Below are positions 1 through 9,400 of a stretch of DNA of 64,000 nucleotides, one piece after another. The translations under genes and the position numbers were made by a program. This DNA is from Candidatus Latescibacterota bacterium (GTDB taxonomy: Bacteria; Latescibacterota; UBA2968; UBA8231): positions 46,623-110,622 of the forward strand of contig CBDBIJ010000110.1 of NCBI GenBank assembly GCA_965205655.1, in the 5' to 3' direction. A model generated the notes under the pieces. The model searched no databases. It saw nothing but the letters and a program-made list of their open reading frames with translations, and was not told the origin of the DNA. Each line of letters starts with the position of its first letter. Position 1 is the first letter of the stretch.

Positions 1-12
1 GCTGCGCAGAAA

Positions 13-969
13 TTAGTTGGCATTTAGACAGGTCGGATGAGGCGGTTGAATGGTGTAGTTCCATTGCGGCAAGATCGCGTCGTGTTGAATCTCGATCTGG
101 CGGTAGAGTTCCGTGCTGATCTTTTTGCCGGTGTCGTAGCGTTTGCGGTTGAGGGTGGCATCGACCGTCAGGCCGGTCTTTGTGGTGGTGGTGCGCAAGT
201 AGTTGAGGATGAGCGCATAGGACTCCAGCGGCACCCCGGCCCAGTTGAGGCTGATGAAACTGAAGAGGCGGTGGTCGATGGGATTCCACTTGGAGGCTCC
301 CGGCGGATAGTGACAGACCGTGACCGGCAGAGAGTAGCTGTGCACCAGCCGCTGGGACAGACAGTATTTCCACAGGTGCGATTGCGCGCTGTTACTGCCG
401 CCGGTATCGCAGAGGATGAGCAACTCGCGCATATCGGGGTGATGATACCAGCCGTAGGTGGTTAGCCAGGTTTCGATGGCGTCGACGGCGAATTCGGCGG
501 TGTCGTGAGAGGTGCCGACGACGACCGTACCGGCGTTCCTCTGCGGGTCGTAGATGCCGTAGGGCAGGGCCACGCCAAAAGACTGAGAGCGAAAGTCGTG
601 GGTGAGCACCTCCCGCCCCATCCAGCACCAGGTTTGCCCGGGGTTGAGGAACAGACCCACCAGCTCGCGTTTCTTGCTGTCGACGCTGATGACGGGCTGG
701 CCCCGGTCCTCAAAGCTTGCCTTGATGGCACTGAGATGACGAAACTGCTGGTCGCGCTGCGGATGACGGGTCTCCCCGATGCTCTTGCGGTTGCGCTGCA
801 GCGAAAAATTGAGTCGCTTGAGGCAGGCGGCCACGGTGTTCGGGCTGGCGGCGACCCCTTCGGCGGCCAGCGTCTTGCTCACGGAGCGCGTGCTCTTCCT
901 CGACCACTTCAACCCGGTCATGGGATCACCGGCCGTGTCGTCGACCAGCAGCGCCTCGATTCGGCTCAT
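13..969 (-). CDS. ISAzo13-family DDE transposase, catalytic C-terminal part
   Basis: Motifs TAGDPM..LKWSRKS, RDQQF, PVISVDSKKRELVG, HDF, PYGIYD, HDTAEFAV, DTGGSN, HYPPGASKWNPIDHRLFSFIS.NW.G.PL, WNYTI. Confidence 0.92.
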   Translation of the reverse strand: MSRIEALLVDDTAGDPMTGLKWSRKSTRSVSKTLAAEGVAASPNTVAACLKRLNFSLQRNRKSIGETRHPQRDQQFRHLSAIKASFEDRGQPVISVDSKKRELVGLFLNPGQTWCWMGREVLTHDFRSQSFGVALPYGIYDPQRNAGTVVVGTSHDTAEFAVDAIETWLTTYGWYHHPDMRELLILCDTGGSNSAQSHLWKYCLSQRLVHSYSLPVTVCHYPPGASKWNPIDHRLFSFISLNWAGVPLESYALILNYLRTTTTKTGLTVDATLNRKRYDTGKKISTELYRQIEIQHDAILPQWNYTIQPPHPTCLNAN

Positions 970-1708
970 GAGTTTTTTTTAATGCCGGTCGCCCGGCTCC
1001 CACAGCGCGGACGCGATCTATGGAAACGCCACCGCTGTGCAATTCCTGCCGTCCCCGAGCCACGGTCTTGACGTTGAGCCCGGTCCAACCCGCGACGATG
1101 GTGTCGCCGCCGCGACCCAGACGCAGCGACTCGAACCCGGCATACAGACGCCGCTGCTTTTCGTTGAGGGTCGCCAGAAAGGCCTGCAGGTGGGGACGCA
1201 GGTCGGCCTCCAGACCGAGGCCCATGAAGGAGACCGCTTCGGCCTGCACCTGCTGCTGGCGGTGCGCCAGTTGCGCGGAGCCGTCGTGCACCGAGACGTA
1301 CAGGTACTCGCCGCCGATCTGGTGGCGCAGCACCCGTCCGCGACGATACAGGCTCAACAGCGCGGCGTGCACCCGCACCCCGAGCACATCCTCCAGCTCG
1401 GCGGACACCCAACCGCCAGCCGCCGCGTCCACCAACTGCGCCATCGTCTCCACCAGCGTACCATGACGCGAAAACCGGATGCCCGTAGAGGACCACAATC
1501 CATGGCCATCCCAGCGTGCGATACGCTCCAGGGTGTAATACCTGCCCGCATGAGAATAACTGCTGTGATAATCCAGCTGGCGCAGCTTGCGCAGCGCCGT
1601 CATCTTCACCGGCGTACCCAGGGCTGCCTTCACCTGTGCCAGGTCGAGCACCTTGCGCGCGTCGAAGGCCCGCACCAGCTCCTTGGTGGCGTATCGAATC
1701 GGTCGCAT
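926..1708 (-). CDS. ISAzo13 transposase N-terminal part (HTH region) with an extra ~170-aa N-terminal domain; joins the next ORF at an A8 run
   Basis: LNEKQRRLYAGFESLRLGRGG...TGLNVKTVARGRQEL...RVRAVGAGRP is the usual ISAzo13 N-terminus. T8 run at 973-980 (+ strand) lies at the junction. Confidence 0.8.
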   Translation of the reverse strand: MRPIRYATKELVRAFDARKVLDLAQVKAALGTPVKMTALRKLRQLDYHSSYSHAGRYYTLERIARWDGHGLWSSTGIRFSRHGTLVETMAQLVDAAAGGWVSAELEDVLGVRVHAALLSLYRRGRVLRHQIGGEYLYVSVHDGSAQLAHRQQQVQAEAVSFMGLGLEADLRPHLQAFLATLNEKQRRLYAGFESLRLGRGGDTIVAGWTGLNVKTVARGRQELHSGGVSIDRVRAVGAGRPALKKTHEPNRGAAGRRHGR

Positions 1709-1913
1709 ATGTTACCTTTGGGCCTGGTAGGAGCGGTGTATATACACAATAGTAACATAACGACCAGCCAGGGGCAATGGGACCCCGTGAGAATGAATAC
1801 CGCCGATACAACCAACCCATGATTATGTGCTTTCTGATCTCAACAATATCCTCATAATTAATGGACAGCTACTAAGAACGCCTGCCGCGACAAACCCGTT
1901 CCTCAGCGGACGT

Positions 1914-4900
1914 TCATTCCCCAGAGAGCAGATCGAGATAGCCTTCATATCTGACGTCCATTTCGACGACCTGGCGATAGATGACCGCCGCTTCGTGACG
2001 ACGTCCCTGGAGATAACGAGTGATAGCCATGTTGAGCCGAATCCCGGCGTTACCCGGCATCAGTTCCTCGGCTCGCTCGAACACCGCGAACGCCTCGTCG
2101 TACTCTCCCCGACGGGCGAGAACGACGCCTTTCGAGTTGAAGGCGTCACCCATGGCGGGGTCCGCGGCGATGGCCCTCTCGAGCCGCTCTAGTGCCTTGT
2201 CCCATTCGTCCTGCTGCAGGTAGCGCACAGCGATCGCGTAGTTCTCGTCGGCCGATTCCGAGGCGGCCAGAAAGTCGAAGAGACCCTCGTAGGCTTCATC
2301 CTGGGCAACGACCTGTTGATACAGAACATCCGCCGTCTTCGGATCCCCCGACAGCTGGTAACTCAGGGCCAGATTGAGTTGAAACCCCATCTGGTCCGGA
2401 TCGAGCTGAGACGCCTGATCGAAGAGCTCACGTGCCTCCAGGTAACGGCCCTGGCGGCACAGAACGACGCCCTTGGCGTTGATGGCATCGGCGAACTGGG
2501 AATCGCTTTGCAGGGCGAAGTCGAACTGCTCCACTGCCTTGTCGAGTGACTGCTGCCGCAGATAGCTGACACCCACATCGTAGTATCCCTGGGCATCGCC
2601 AACCGTGGCCATAAAGTCGAACAGCTCGGCGTATGAGTCGTCGAGGGCGACGACGCCTTCGAACATGAGATCGGCGGTCTGGCGCTCGCCCTTCAGGTAG
2701 TAGGCCAGGGCGATATTCATGCGGAATCCGTTGTTCTCTTCGAGCTCCAGTGCCTCGCGAAACAATTCCAGCGATTGGTCGTATTGTCCCTGCTTCGTCA
2801 GGATGACGCCGATGGCGTTGATGGCGTCGGCGTAGTCCGGCTTCATACCCCGGGCGCGCTCCAGCATCTGGAGAGCTTTTTCCAGATGGTTGGCGCGCAG
2901 GTAGGCGACGCCCGCATCGTAGGCGCCGTCGGGCGTATCGAGGGAGGTGACGGCCCCGAGGGCGATCTGATCGGTCCGCTGGTCGAAGTAGGCGACGTCC
3001 CGCGACAGCAGACTGTCGACGGAATCGGGTGCCGGGAGGTCTATCGATACAGCTGGCAGCACCGCCGGTTTGTAGGTCTGCAGCCACTGCTGCACATACA
3101 CTTCATTGATCAGTTTGCGAGCCTTGAGCCGCTTGTATTCGGCCACGCCGTTGCGCCAGGCGTCGGCGAAGGTGAAACCGAACATCGTCGTTTCAACGGG
3201 AATCCACACCCTCCCTTCCCACACCACGTATTCGGCCGAGCTGACGAAATGATCCTCGGCTCGGTCGACGGGAATGCCGCTGTCGAACATGAGATAGATA
3301 TGGCCCTTCCCCGGATCGTTGGCCTCGAGGAAGGCGGTATCGATGCTCAGGTTCTCGAGCAGCGAGGCGTAGAGAACGGTCAGGTCGTCGCAGTCCCCGA
3401 TCTTCGTGTCGACCCCTTCCTCCTTGTAGAGCAGCTCGCTCGGATACTGGACGGTGTCGAAGATCGTCTTGTCATCGGAGACGTTGGCGAATGGGGTTTT
3501 CTGATCGGCCTGGTAACTCAGACTGTAGACGCCCATGGCGTCGAACAGGACGATGGCCTTGCCGATGTTCGAGCGGTTGAACTTGCGCGCCAGCAGGCCA
3601 TCGTATCGTTGCACAAGGCCGCGCGCCATGCCGGCGATGGCCAAGTCGGCGGGGGTCACGAAAGCGGCTGCCATTCCCTCCACATTCCAGCTGAGTTTTC
3701 CCTTGCCGGCGACGTAGACCCGCTCGAGCTGCTTCTCCACGACCTGCTCCCGCCGGTTGCGGGTGTAGGCAACCTGGACGATCGGTGTCACGAAGTTGTC
3801 GAAGTAGGCCTCGGACTCGTTGAACAGGTCCTGATCGAAGGTCACCTTGAAGCTGTACTTCTCCGTGCTCTGGGGCGGCAGCACAACATTTTCGGTGTGG
3901 GGGATGCTCATCATCTTCGGCAACAGAACCCTAACGACGGCCTCGATCGGCCCGGCGGCGGAGTTGCCGATGACGACATCCAGAAAATCGGTCTCCTCGT
4001 AGTGCCGGTACAACGAGCGGAACACCGGGTTCGGCCGAATCGTCGCATCCTTGATTGTGACGACTCGCGGATTGTAGGAAAGCGAAAGAGCCGTGTAGTG
4101 AGTGGCGTCGAGAATCGGGTGACGCTCGAAGGCGTAGTCGAGCTGGAGAAAGCGATACTTCACCCCCAGTCCGAAGCCGGCTGTGGTGGCATCGCCTCGA
4201 CTCTCCGGTGTGTCGAGCTCAGTCTTGAGTCCAGCCCTCAGAGCAAGCTGGCCGGCGATCCAGTACTCGGCTCCCAACCGGGCGTGATCGTCGATGTCGG
4301 CGGCGACGGTGAGGCCTTCGATCGGCTTGTGAGCCAGACCTATGCGGTACCGGGCTTCGAACATCTCCTCGCTCAACCCTCCCTCGTGCTCCACCGAGGT
4401 GCCACCGAGGTCTTGGACTGACAGACCGAGCCTGACGCCGTACGGCAGCGGCACGAGCAGACCGACATCGAAGCCCGTGCCGGAGGCGTTCATGACCGAC
4501 GTCCCGTCGAGATCCGCATCCTGGCTGATGTATTTAGCCGTGGCACCGATAGAGGCGTTGCCGACGTACGGCTTCAGTCGCTGAATGCTGTTCCGGTAGC
4601 CGTAGGCGATGCCGAACTTGCTGTGCCCCGACTTGAGTCCGAGACCGCGGCTGACATCGTCGAAACCGCGGTAAAACCAGTCGATACCGAGGGCGTGGTT
4701 GTCTGATACCGGCAGGACGTAGCTCAGATACGACTCGTTGAGTCCCAGGCCGAAACGATCGGCATAGGACAGGTCGAGCTCCTGACGCTGCAGCGAAGCG
4801 ATGGCGGCGGGGTTCAGGTTGACGGCGGTAGCGTCGGAGCCCACGGCGACGAAGGCCCCGCCCATGCCGATGGCTCTGACCCCCAGATCGGGCTGCTTGG

Positions 4901-5018
4901 AGGTGGCGGCGGAGACGGGCAGCGAGAGCAGCAGCACGGTCACCGCTGCCGCACTCACGGCGCGACAGCGCGGTGCTGGATTCGGAATCCCCTTCTCAGT
5001 CTTGAGGTATCGAGGCAC
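1914..5018 (-). CDS. PorV/PorQ-like outer-membrane beta-barrel fused to a transglutaminase-like domain and TPR repeats
   Basis: Signal peptide, then GVRAIGMGGAFVAVGSDATAVNLNPAAI (PorV/FadL-type start) and ...GAEYW..LALRAG...GFGLG...LDYAF. Central QYPSELL..GDCDDLTVLYASLLE..GHIYL..WIPVETT. Several C-terminal TPRs (YDAGVAYL, DAINAKGVVL, NLALSY). Confidence 0.8.
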   Translation of the reverse strand: MPRYLKTEKGIPNPAPRCRAVSAAAVTVLLLSLPVSAATSKQPDLGVRAIGMGGAFVAVGSDATAVNLNPAAIASLQRQELDLSYADRFGLGLNESYLSYVLPVSDNHALGIDWFYRGFDDVSRGLGLKSGHSKFGIAYGYRNSIQRLKPYVGNASIGATAKYISQDADLDGTSVMNASGTGFDVGLLVPLPYGVRLGLSVQDLGGTSVEHEGGLSEEMFEARYRIGLAHKPIEGLTVAADIDDHARLGAEYWIAGQLALRAGLKTELDTPESRGDATTAGFGLGVKYRFLQLDYAFERHPILDATHYTALSLSYNPRVVTIKDATIRPNPVFRSLYRHYEETDFLDVVIGNSAAGPIEAVVRVLLPKMMSIPHTENVVLPPQSTEKYSFKVTFDQDLFNESEAYFDNFVTPIVQVAYTRNRREQVVEKQLERVYVAGKGKLSWNVEGMAAAFVTPADLAIAGMARGLVQRYDGLLARKFNRSNIGKAIVLFDAMGVYSLSYQADQKTPFANVSDDKTIFDTVQYPSELLYKEEGVDTKIGDCDDLTVLYASLLENLSIDTAFLEANDPGKGHIYLMFDSGIPVDRAEDHFVSSAEYVVWEGRVWIPVETTMFGFTFADAWRNGVAEYKRLKARKLINEVYVQQWLQTYKPAVLPAVSIDLPAPDSVDSLLSRDVAYFDQRTDQIALGAVTSLDTPDGAYDAGVAYLRANHLEKALQMLERARGMKPDYADAINAIGVILTKQGQYDQSLELFREALELEENNGFRMNIALAYYLKGERQTADLMFEGVVALDDSYAELFDFMATVGDAQGYYDVGVSYLRQQSLDKAVEQFDFALQSDSQFADAINAKGVVLCRQGRYLEARELFDQASQLDPDQMGFQLNLALSYQLSGDPKTADVLYQQVVAQDEAYEGLFDFLAASESADENYAIAVRYLQQDEWDKALERLERAIAADPAMGDAFNSKGVVLARRGEYDEAFAVFERAEELMPGNAGIRLNMAITRYLQGRRHEAAVIYRQVVEMDVRYEGYLDLLSGE

Positions 5019-5029
5019 CTTCAGCGTCC

Positions 5030-6496
5030 CTATGGCTCTTTAATCGTTATCTGCTCGCCGCCTGAAACCGGTCCCTGTATGGGCGCCGTCTCATTGCCCG
5101 GGTAAATGACCTGAACATTGTATGGTCCGGCAGGAGCTCCGAAGATCACCTCGGCCGGGCCGCTCCCGGGCAAGACCTGTCGGTAGGCCACCAGCACAAG
5201 TGAATCCGGTTCGTTCGCGTCGAACAGGCGCACCTGGGCACCGAGACCGAAGAAGTTGTTGCCTCCCGTCTCGGGACCCTTGCCGCGAACGAGGACCTTG
5301 ATGAACAGTGAGTCGGGCGTCTCGTTGTGGAGGAGACTGTTGCCAAATCCAAAACCGTTTGTTCTGTAAATGTCCGGGGCGCCGTCGCCGTCGAAATCGC
5401 CCCATCCTGCAGCAAGGTGAGGGGTGAAGACGGCGGCGATTCCCGCCTCCGCTGTGGCGTCTCGGAAGGTGCCATCGCCGTTGTTGGCCATGAGGGCGTC
5501 CGGCTGCTGTTGCCTGTCGGCTCCGGTGGCAAGGTAGAGGTCGAGATTTCCGTCCCCATCGTAGTCCGACCACGCTGCCATCGACGTCAACCAGCCGGAG
5601 CCCACCTCGCGCACATTCGCGGCTTCGCCCACATCGACGAATGTCTCGTCCCCGTCGTTGCGATACAGGCTGTTGGCGCCGACGTTCGCCACGAAGGCGT
5701 CCATGTCGCCGTCGTTGTCGTAGTCCCCCCAGGCGGCGCTCTGGCCGATTTCCTTGTTGGCGACGGACAGGGCGCAAGCGATCTCGGAGAACAAACCGCT
5801 GTCGCTCAGATCGTTGCGGTAGAGGCCGTTCTCCTGCTCTCTGTTGACGACGTAGAGGTCGAGATCACCGTCGTTGTCGTAGTCGACCCAGTTGAAGCCG
5901 TTCGTATCCCGGCGGTCTCCGACGCCCACATCGAGCACCTGAGCAAAGGTGCCGTCCGCATTGTTGCTATAGAGCTCATTGTCGTGGTAGTACTTCCCTA
6001 CATAGATGTCGAGATCGCCGTCATTGTCGTAGTCGCCCCAGCCGGACGATGTCTCATTGCCGCGCTTGTCCAGGTTGATGGAGGCAAGGCTGCGGCCGAC
6101 CTCGGTGAAATCAGCGGCCTCGTTCTCGTAGAGAAAATCCTGAACTGAGAAGTCGGTGACGTAGAGGTCGAGGTCGCCGTCGTTGTCGTAGTCGCCCCAG
6201 GCGGCCGACGTGCTGTTGCCGTCCTCGATGTCGATACCGAGTGCGACCGCCGTATCGGTGAATGTGCTGTCGCCGTTGTTTCTGTAGAGCTTGTTCGGGG
6301 GGATGATCGTTGCGGTGCCCCAATTGGTGACGTAGAGATCGAGGTTTCCGTCGCCGTCGTAATCACCCCAGGCGAAGTTCGTGCTGAACAGGCCCGGGTT
6401 GTCCACCCCGGCTGCAACCGATATGTCGGTGAGCGTCTGCGCTTGGAGGCCGGCGGCCATGAGGCCGCAGAGAGCTACCGCTGCGAATCGCCTCAT
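5030..6496 (-). CDS. Secreted FG-GAP/VCBS repeat (CRTAC1/ASPIC-UnbV-like) beta-propeller protein
   Basis: About 7 WGDYDNDGDLDLYV repeats with LYRNNGDGTF linkers. Signal peptide MRRFAAVALCGLMAAGLQAQ. Start ATG overlaps the upstream TGA (ATGA at 6493-6496). Confidence 0.88.
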   Translation of the reverse strand: MRRFAAVALCGLMAAGLQAQTLTDISVAAGVDNPGLFSTNFAWGDYDGDGNLDLYVTNWGTATIIPPNKLYRNNGDSTFTDTAVALGIDIEDGNSTSAAWGDYDNDGDLDLYVTDFSVQDFLYENEAADFTEVGRSLASINLDKRGNETSSGWGDYDNDGDLDIYVGKYYHDNELYSNNADGTFAQVLDVGVGDRRDTNGFNWVDYDNDGDLDLYVVNREQENGLYRNDLSDSGLFSEIACALSVANKEIGQSAAWGDYDNDGDMDAFVANVGANSLYRNDGDETFVDVGEAANVREVGSGWLTSMAAWSDYDGDGNLDLYLATGADRQQQPDALMANNGDGTFRDATAEAGIAAVFTPHLAAGWGDFDGDGAPDIYRTNGFGFGNSLLHNETPDSLFIKVLVRGKGPETGGNNFFGLGAQVRLFDANEPDSLVLVAYRQVLPGSGPAEVIFGAPAGPYNVQVIYPGNETAPIQGPVSGGEQITIKEP

Positions 6497-9400
6497 CTGA
6501 CCACCGCCACTACTTTCTCGGCTTGCTCGCCGGAGGCGGTGACGACGACGATGTAGAGGCCGCTGGCGACGACTCCACCATCTTCGTCGCGCCCGTTCCA
6601 TGGTATCGTAAGGCGGCCCTGGCCATAGGGCTGGTCGCGCTTGATGACCCTCTCGAGTCGGCCGGAGGCGTTGTAAACCCGCACCGTGACATCTGCGGGA
6701 CTGCTGAGGTCGAAAGAGACGTCAGTGATGGCTCTCAGACCCCCCGCTGGTGAGAATGCGCGCGGCTGGCAATCGAGGTCTCGGATTTTCGCGGTACCCA
6801 CAGCGGCCTGCGTATCCACGAACAGGCCGAAGGTGCTCAGTTTCAGTTCCTTTACTGAAGTGGCCACCTGTTTCAGCGCCGGCTCCGATGTGCCGCCGAC
6901 CCGTAGCCACTGCCCTTCTGTCAGTTCGAAGATCCCCAGCTCGCTCGGGTTGTGTTCGCCGAGGTCGCCCAGGTCGTAACGGAAGGTCATGGTCACCGGC
7001 TTGCGCAGCGCGCTCTCGCCGATATTCATCTCCCAGGCGCTGCCGACGGGAACCGGGTCCTCGCCTTGTGACGGTGCGGCGGCAGAGGAAACGGTTTTCC
7101 CCGCCGGCTGATCGGCGGCCGGGCGAATGATCACCTCCACCTTACCGATGTCGCTCGGCAGCGCATTTGGCGGGAAGTAGAGCTCGACGCTGCCCTCCGC
7201 GTTGGTCACGGTGCCGCCCGCTGCCGCGTCGGGCAGCTCTCCTGCGGTCTGAAAAGTTCCGTCGAATCCAGTCTCCGCTCTCTCGCCGAGGACCGAGCGA
7301 TCGATGACGAACTCGTATTCCGTGAAGGGCCGGAAGCCTCCTTGAGGCGCGAAGTTGACGATCGTCTGAGCCGGATCCTCAAACCCGAAACCTGTGATTG
7401 GCGTCAGCTCGAAAGGCGCATCCGGGTCCTCCTGTAGATCGACGATACGTCGAGCTCTGAGCTGGAAGCCGGACTGGTCGGCGGTGGCGACCGGTCCCGA
7501 GAATACGATCCGCACTGGGGGGGATGTCACAGACACTCCCTCGGCACCGAATGGTGGATTGGCTTCGACGAGCGTGGGCAAGTCGGTGAGAAAGGTGAAT
7601 TGATCGTCGGGTCGATTCGCCAGGGCCCCCCCGAGTCGAGAGCTCACGACCACTTCATAGGAACTCCCCGAGACGAAATCGACTTCCGGCAGACTGGCTG
7701 TAAAAGTCTCGTCGACGTAGATGAACTCACCGTCCTCGAGCGCGATCGGATCGCCACCGCGGCTCAGACGGATGTTCTGCGAGTTGACCAGGTCGCGTTG
7801 CAGCGCGGCGGAAAAGACGATCTCCACACGTCTGGCTCCGGCGGCGATCGAGGTGCCGTCGGTCGGCGATGTGGAGACGACACTCGGAACGAGCGTCGCG
7901 AATCCCAGGCGAGTATCGGTGCTAGCGCGCGGGCCGCCCAACCGGGCGCTGACGACTACGTCGTACGCCGATCCCGGAATCAAATCGATCTGGGGCAGGC
8001 TGATGATGAACTGCTCCTGATCGTACAGGAACTCGTCCTCGGGCAGAGAGAGGGCTGCACCACCCCGCGTGACCGTCACGTTTTGGGAGTTTATCAGATC
8101 CTCGTCCAACGGATCGGAAAAGGAGAGTCGAACCCGGCGAGGGCCAGCCGTTACCTCGCTGCCGCTCTCGGGCTCGGTAGAAACCACTTCAGCCACCCGC
8201 GTGGCGAAGCCCCAGCGGAAATCGTCGGTTGCTCTCGGACCCGCTACAGAGCGGGTAATCACTACCTGATAGGAGGTGCCACCCCGCAAGCGGCCGGCCG
8301 CGGGCCCGAATGAGAGGGTACCCGCCTCGCCGTCGAAGACCGGTGCCGTGATCTGCACGGACTGACCCTCGCCCAGCAGCCGTACATGCTCAGCTAGCTC
8401 TTCATCGTCGATGTCGGTGTCGAAAACGGCTGCGATCGTCCCTTCGAGTGCGGAAACAGCCGAATCAGCAGCGGCTGGCGCCACGCTCACCGTATCCGGT
8501 ATCGCCGTCTGGAATGACCACGAAATCGGCTGGCCTGCCCCGAGTGGTCCGCTGACCGATGAATTGATTTGCACGACGTAGCCACTGCCGACCTGCCAGC
8601 CGGTTGCGGGCGCGAATCCATAGCGACCCTCGCCACGATCGGTCGGATCGTCGGCGCGCAGCTCAAGTGGCACGCCCCCACGCGCGAGGCTGAAGTTGCC
8701 GGCGCTCAATTGGTCTTCGTCGAGGGGCACGCTGAACTCGATGACCGCCTCTTCGAGGCCGATGGTGACGTCATCGGCCCCCTCGGTAGGTAGCACCGAG
8801 ACCCGGCTGGGCACGGCCGTGCTGAAACTCCAGCTATAGTCTCCCACTGCCTGTCGCAACGGACCTCCCACCACCCCCGAAACGACCACCTGGTATTGAG
8901 CCCCAGGGCGCAGGCCTTCTGCAGGTTGAAACGACAGCACTCCAGTTGTGGGGTTGTATTCCTCCTCCGTCGCATCGATGGCGCGCCCCTGCTTGAGGAG
9001 CGTCACGCTGCCCGACACTGCCTCTTCGTCGAGCAAGCCGTCGAACCCGATCGATATCGATGGATCAGCCGCCGACACCGCAGCGTCGCCGTCGTCCGGG
9101 GTCCGTGCGGTAACCCGGGGCACGGCGGTGCTGAACGACCAGGTGAAGTCGCCCTCGGCCACCAACCGCAGCGGCCCGGCGAGCGAGCCAGAGATCGTCA
9201 CGTCGTAGCGGGAGCCTGGCTTGAGCGCTTCGCCAAGATCGATGGAAAGGGTGTTGGACGTACCGACGAATAAAGCGTCGGCGACTACTACTGAATCGCC
9301 CTCCCGCCTTACCTGCACCGCATCAGCTTCCTCCAGTAGCGACTCGATGAGGCCGCCATCGAAGGTGGCGATTATGCGCCCGTCATCGATGGCTACGCTC

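Larger units (their letters stand above)
1..1872 (-). mobile_element. ISAzo13-family insertion sequence (one end at or just beyond the window edge)
   Basis: Two overlapping ORFs together match the ISAzo13 transposase layout. Imperfect terminal inverted repeat: positions 1-15 GCTGCGCAGAAATTA vs reverse complement of 1855-1869 GCTGTCCATTAATTA (11/15). Confidence 0.85.

Noticed and set aside
2775..4421. Long antisense ORFs (for example 2775-4421, 10429-11634, 19461-20624, 43138-44316, 49337-50500)
   Set aside because: They are shadow ORFs opposite well-supported genes, expected from high-GC codon bias.
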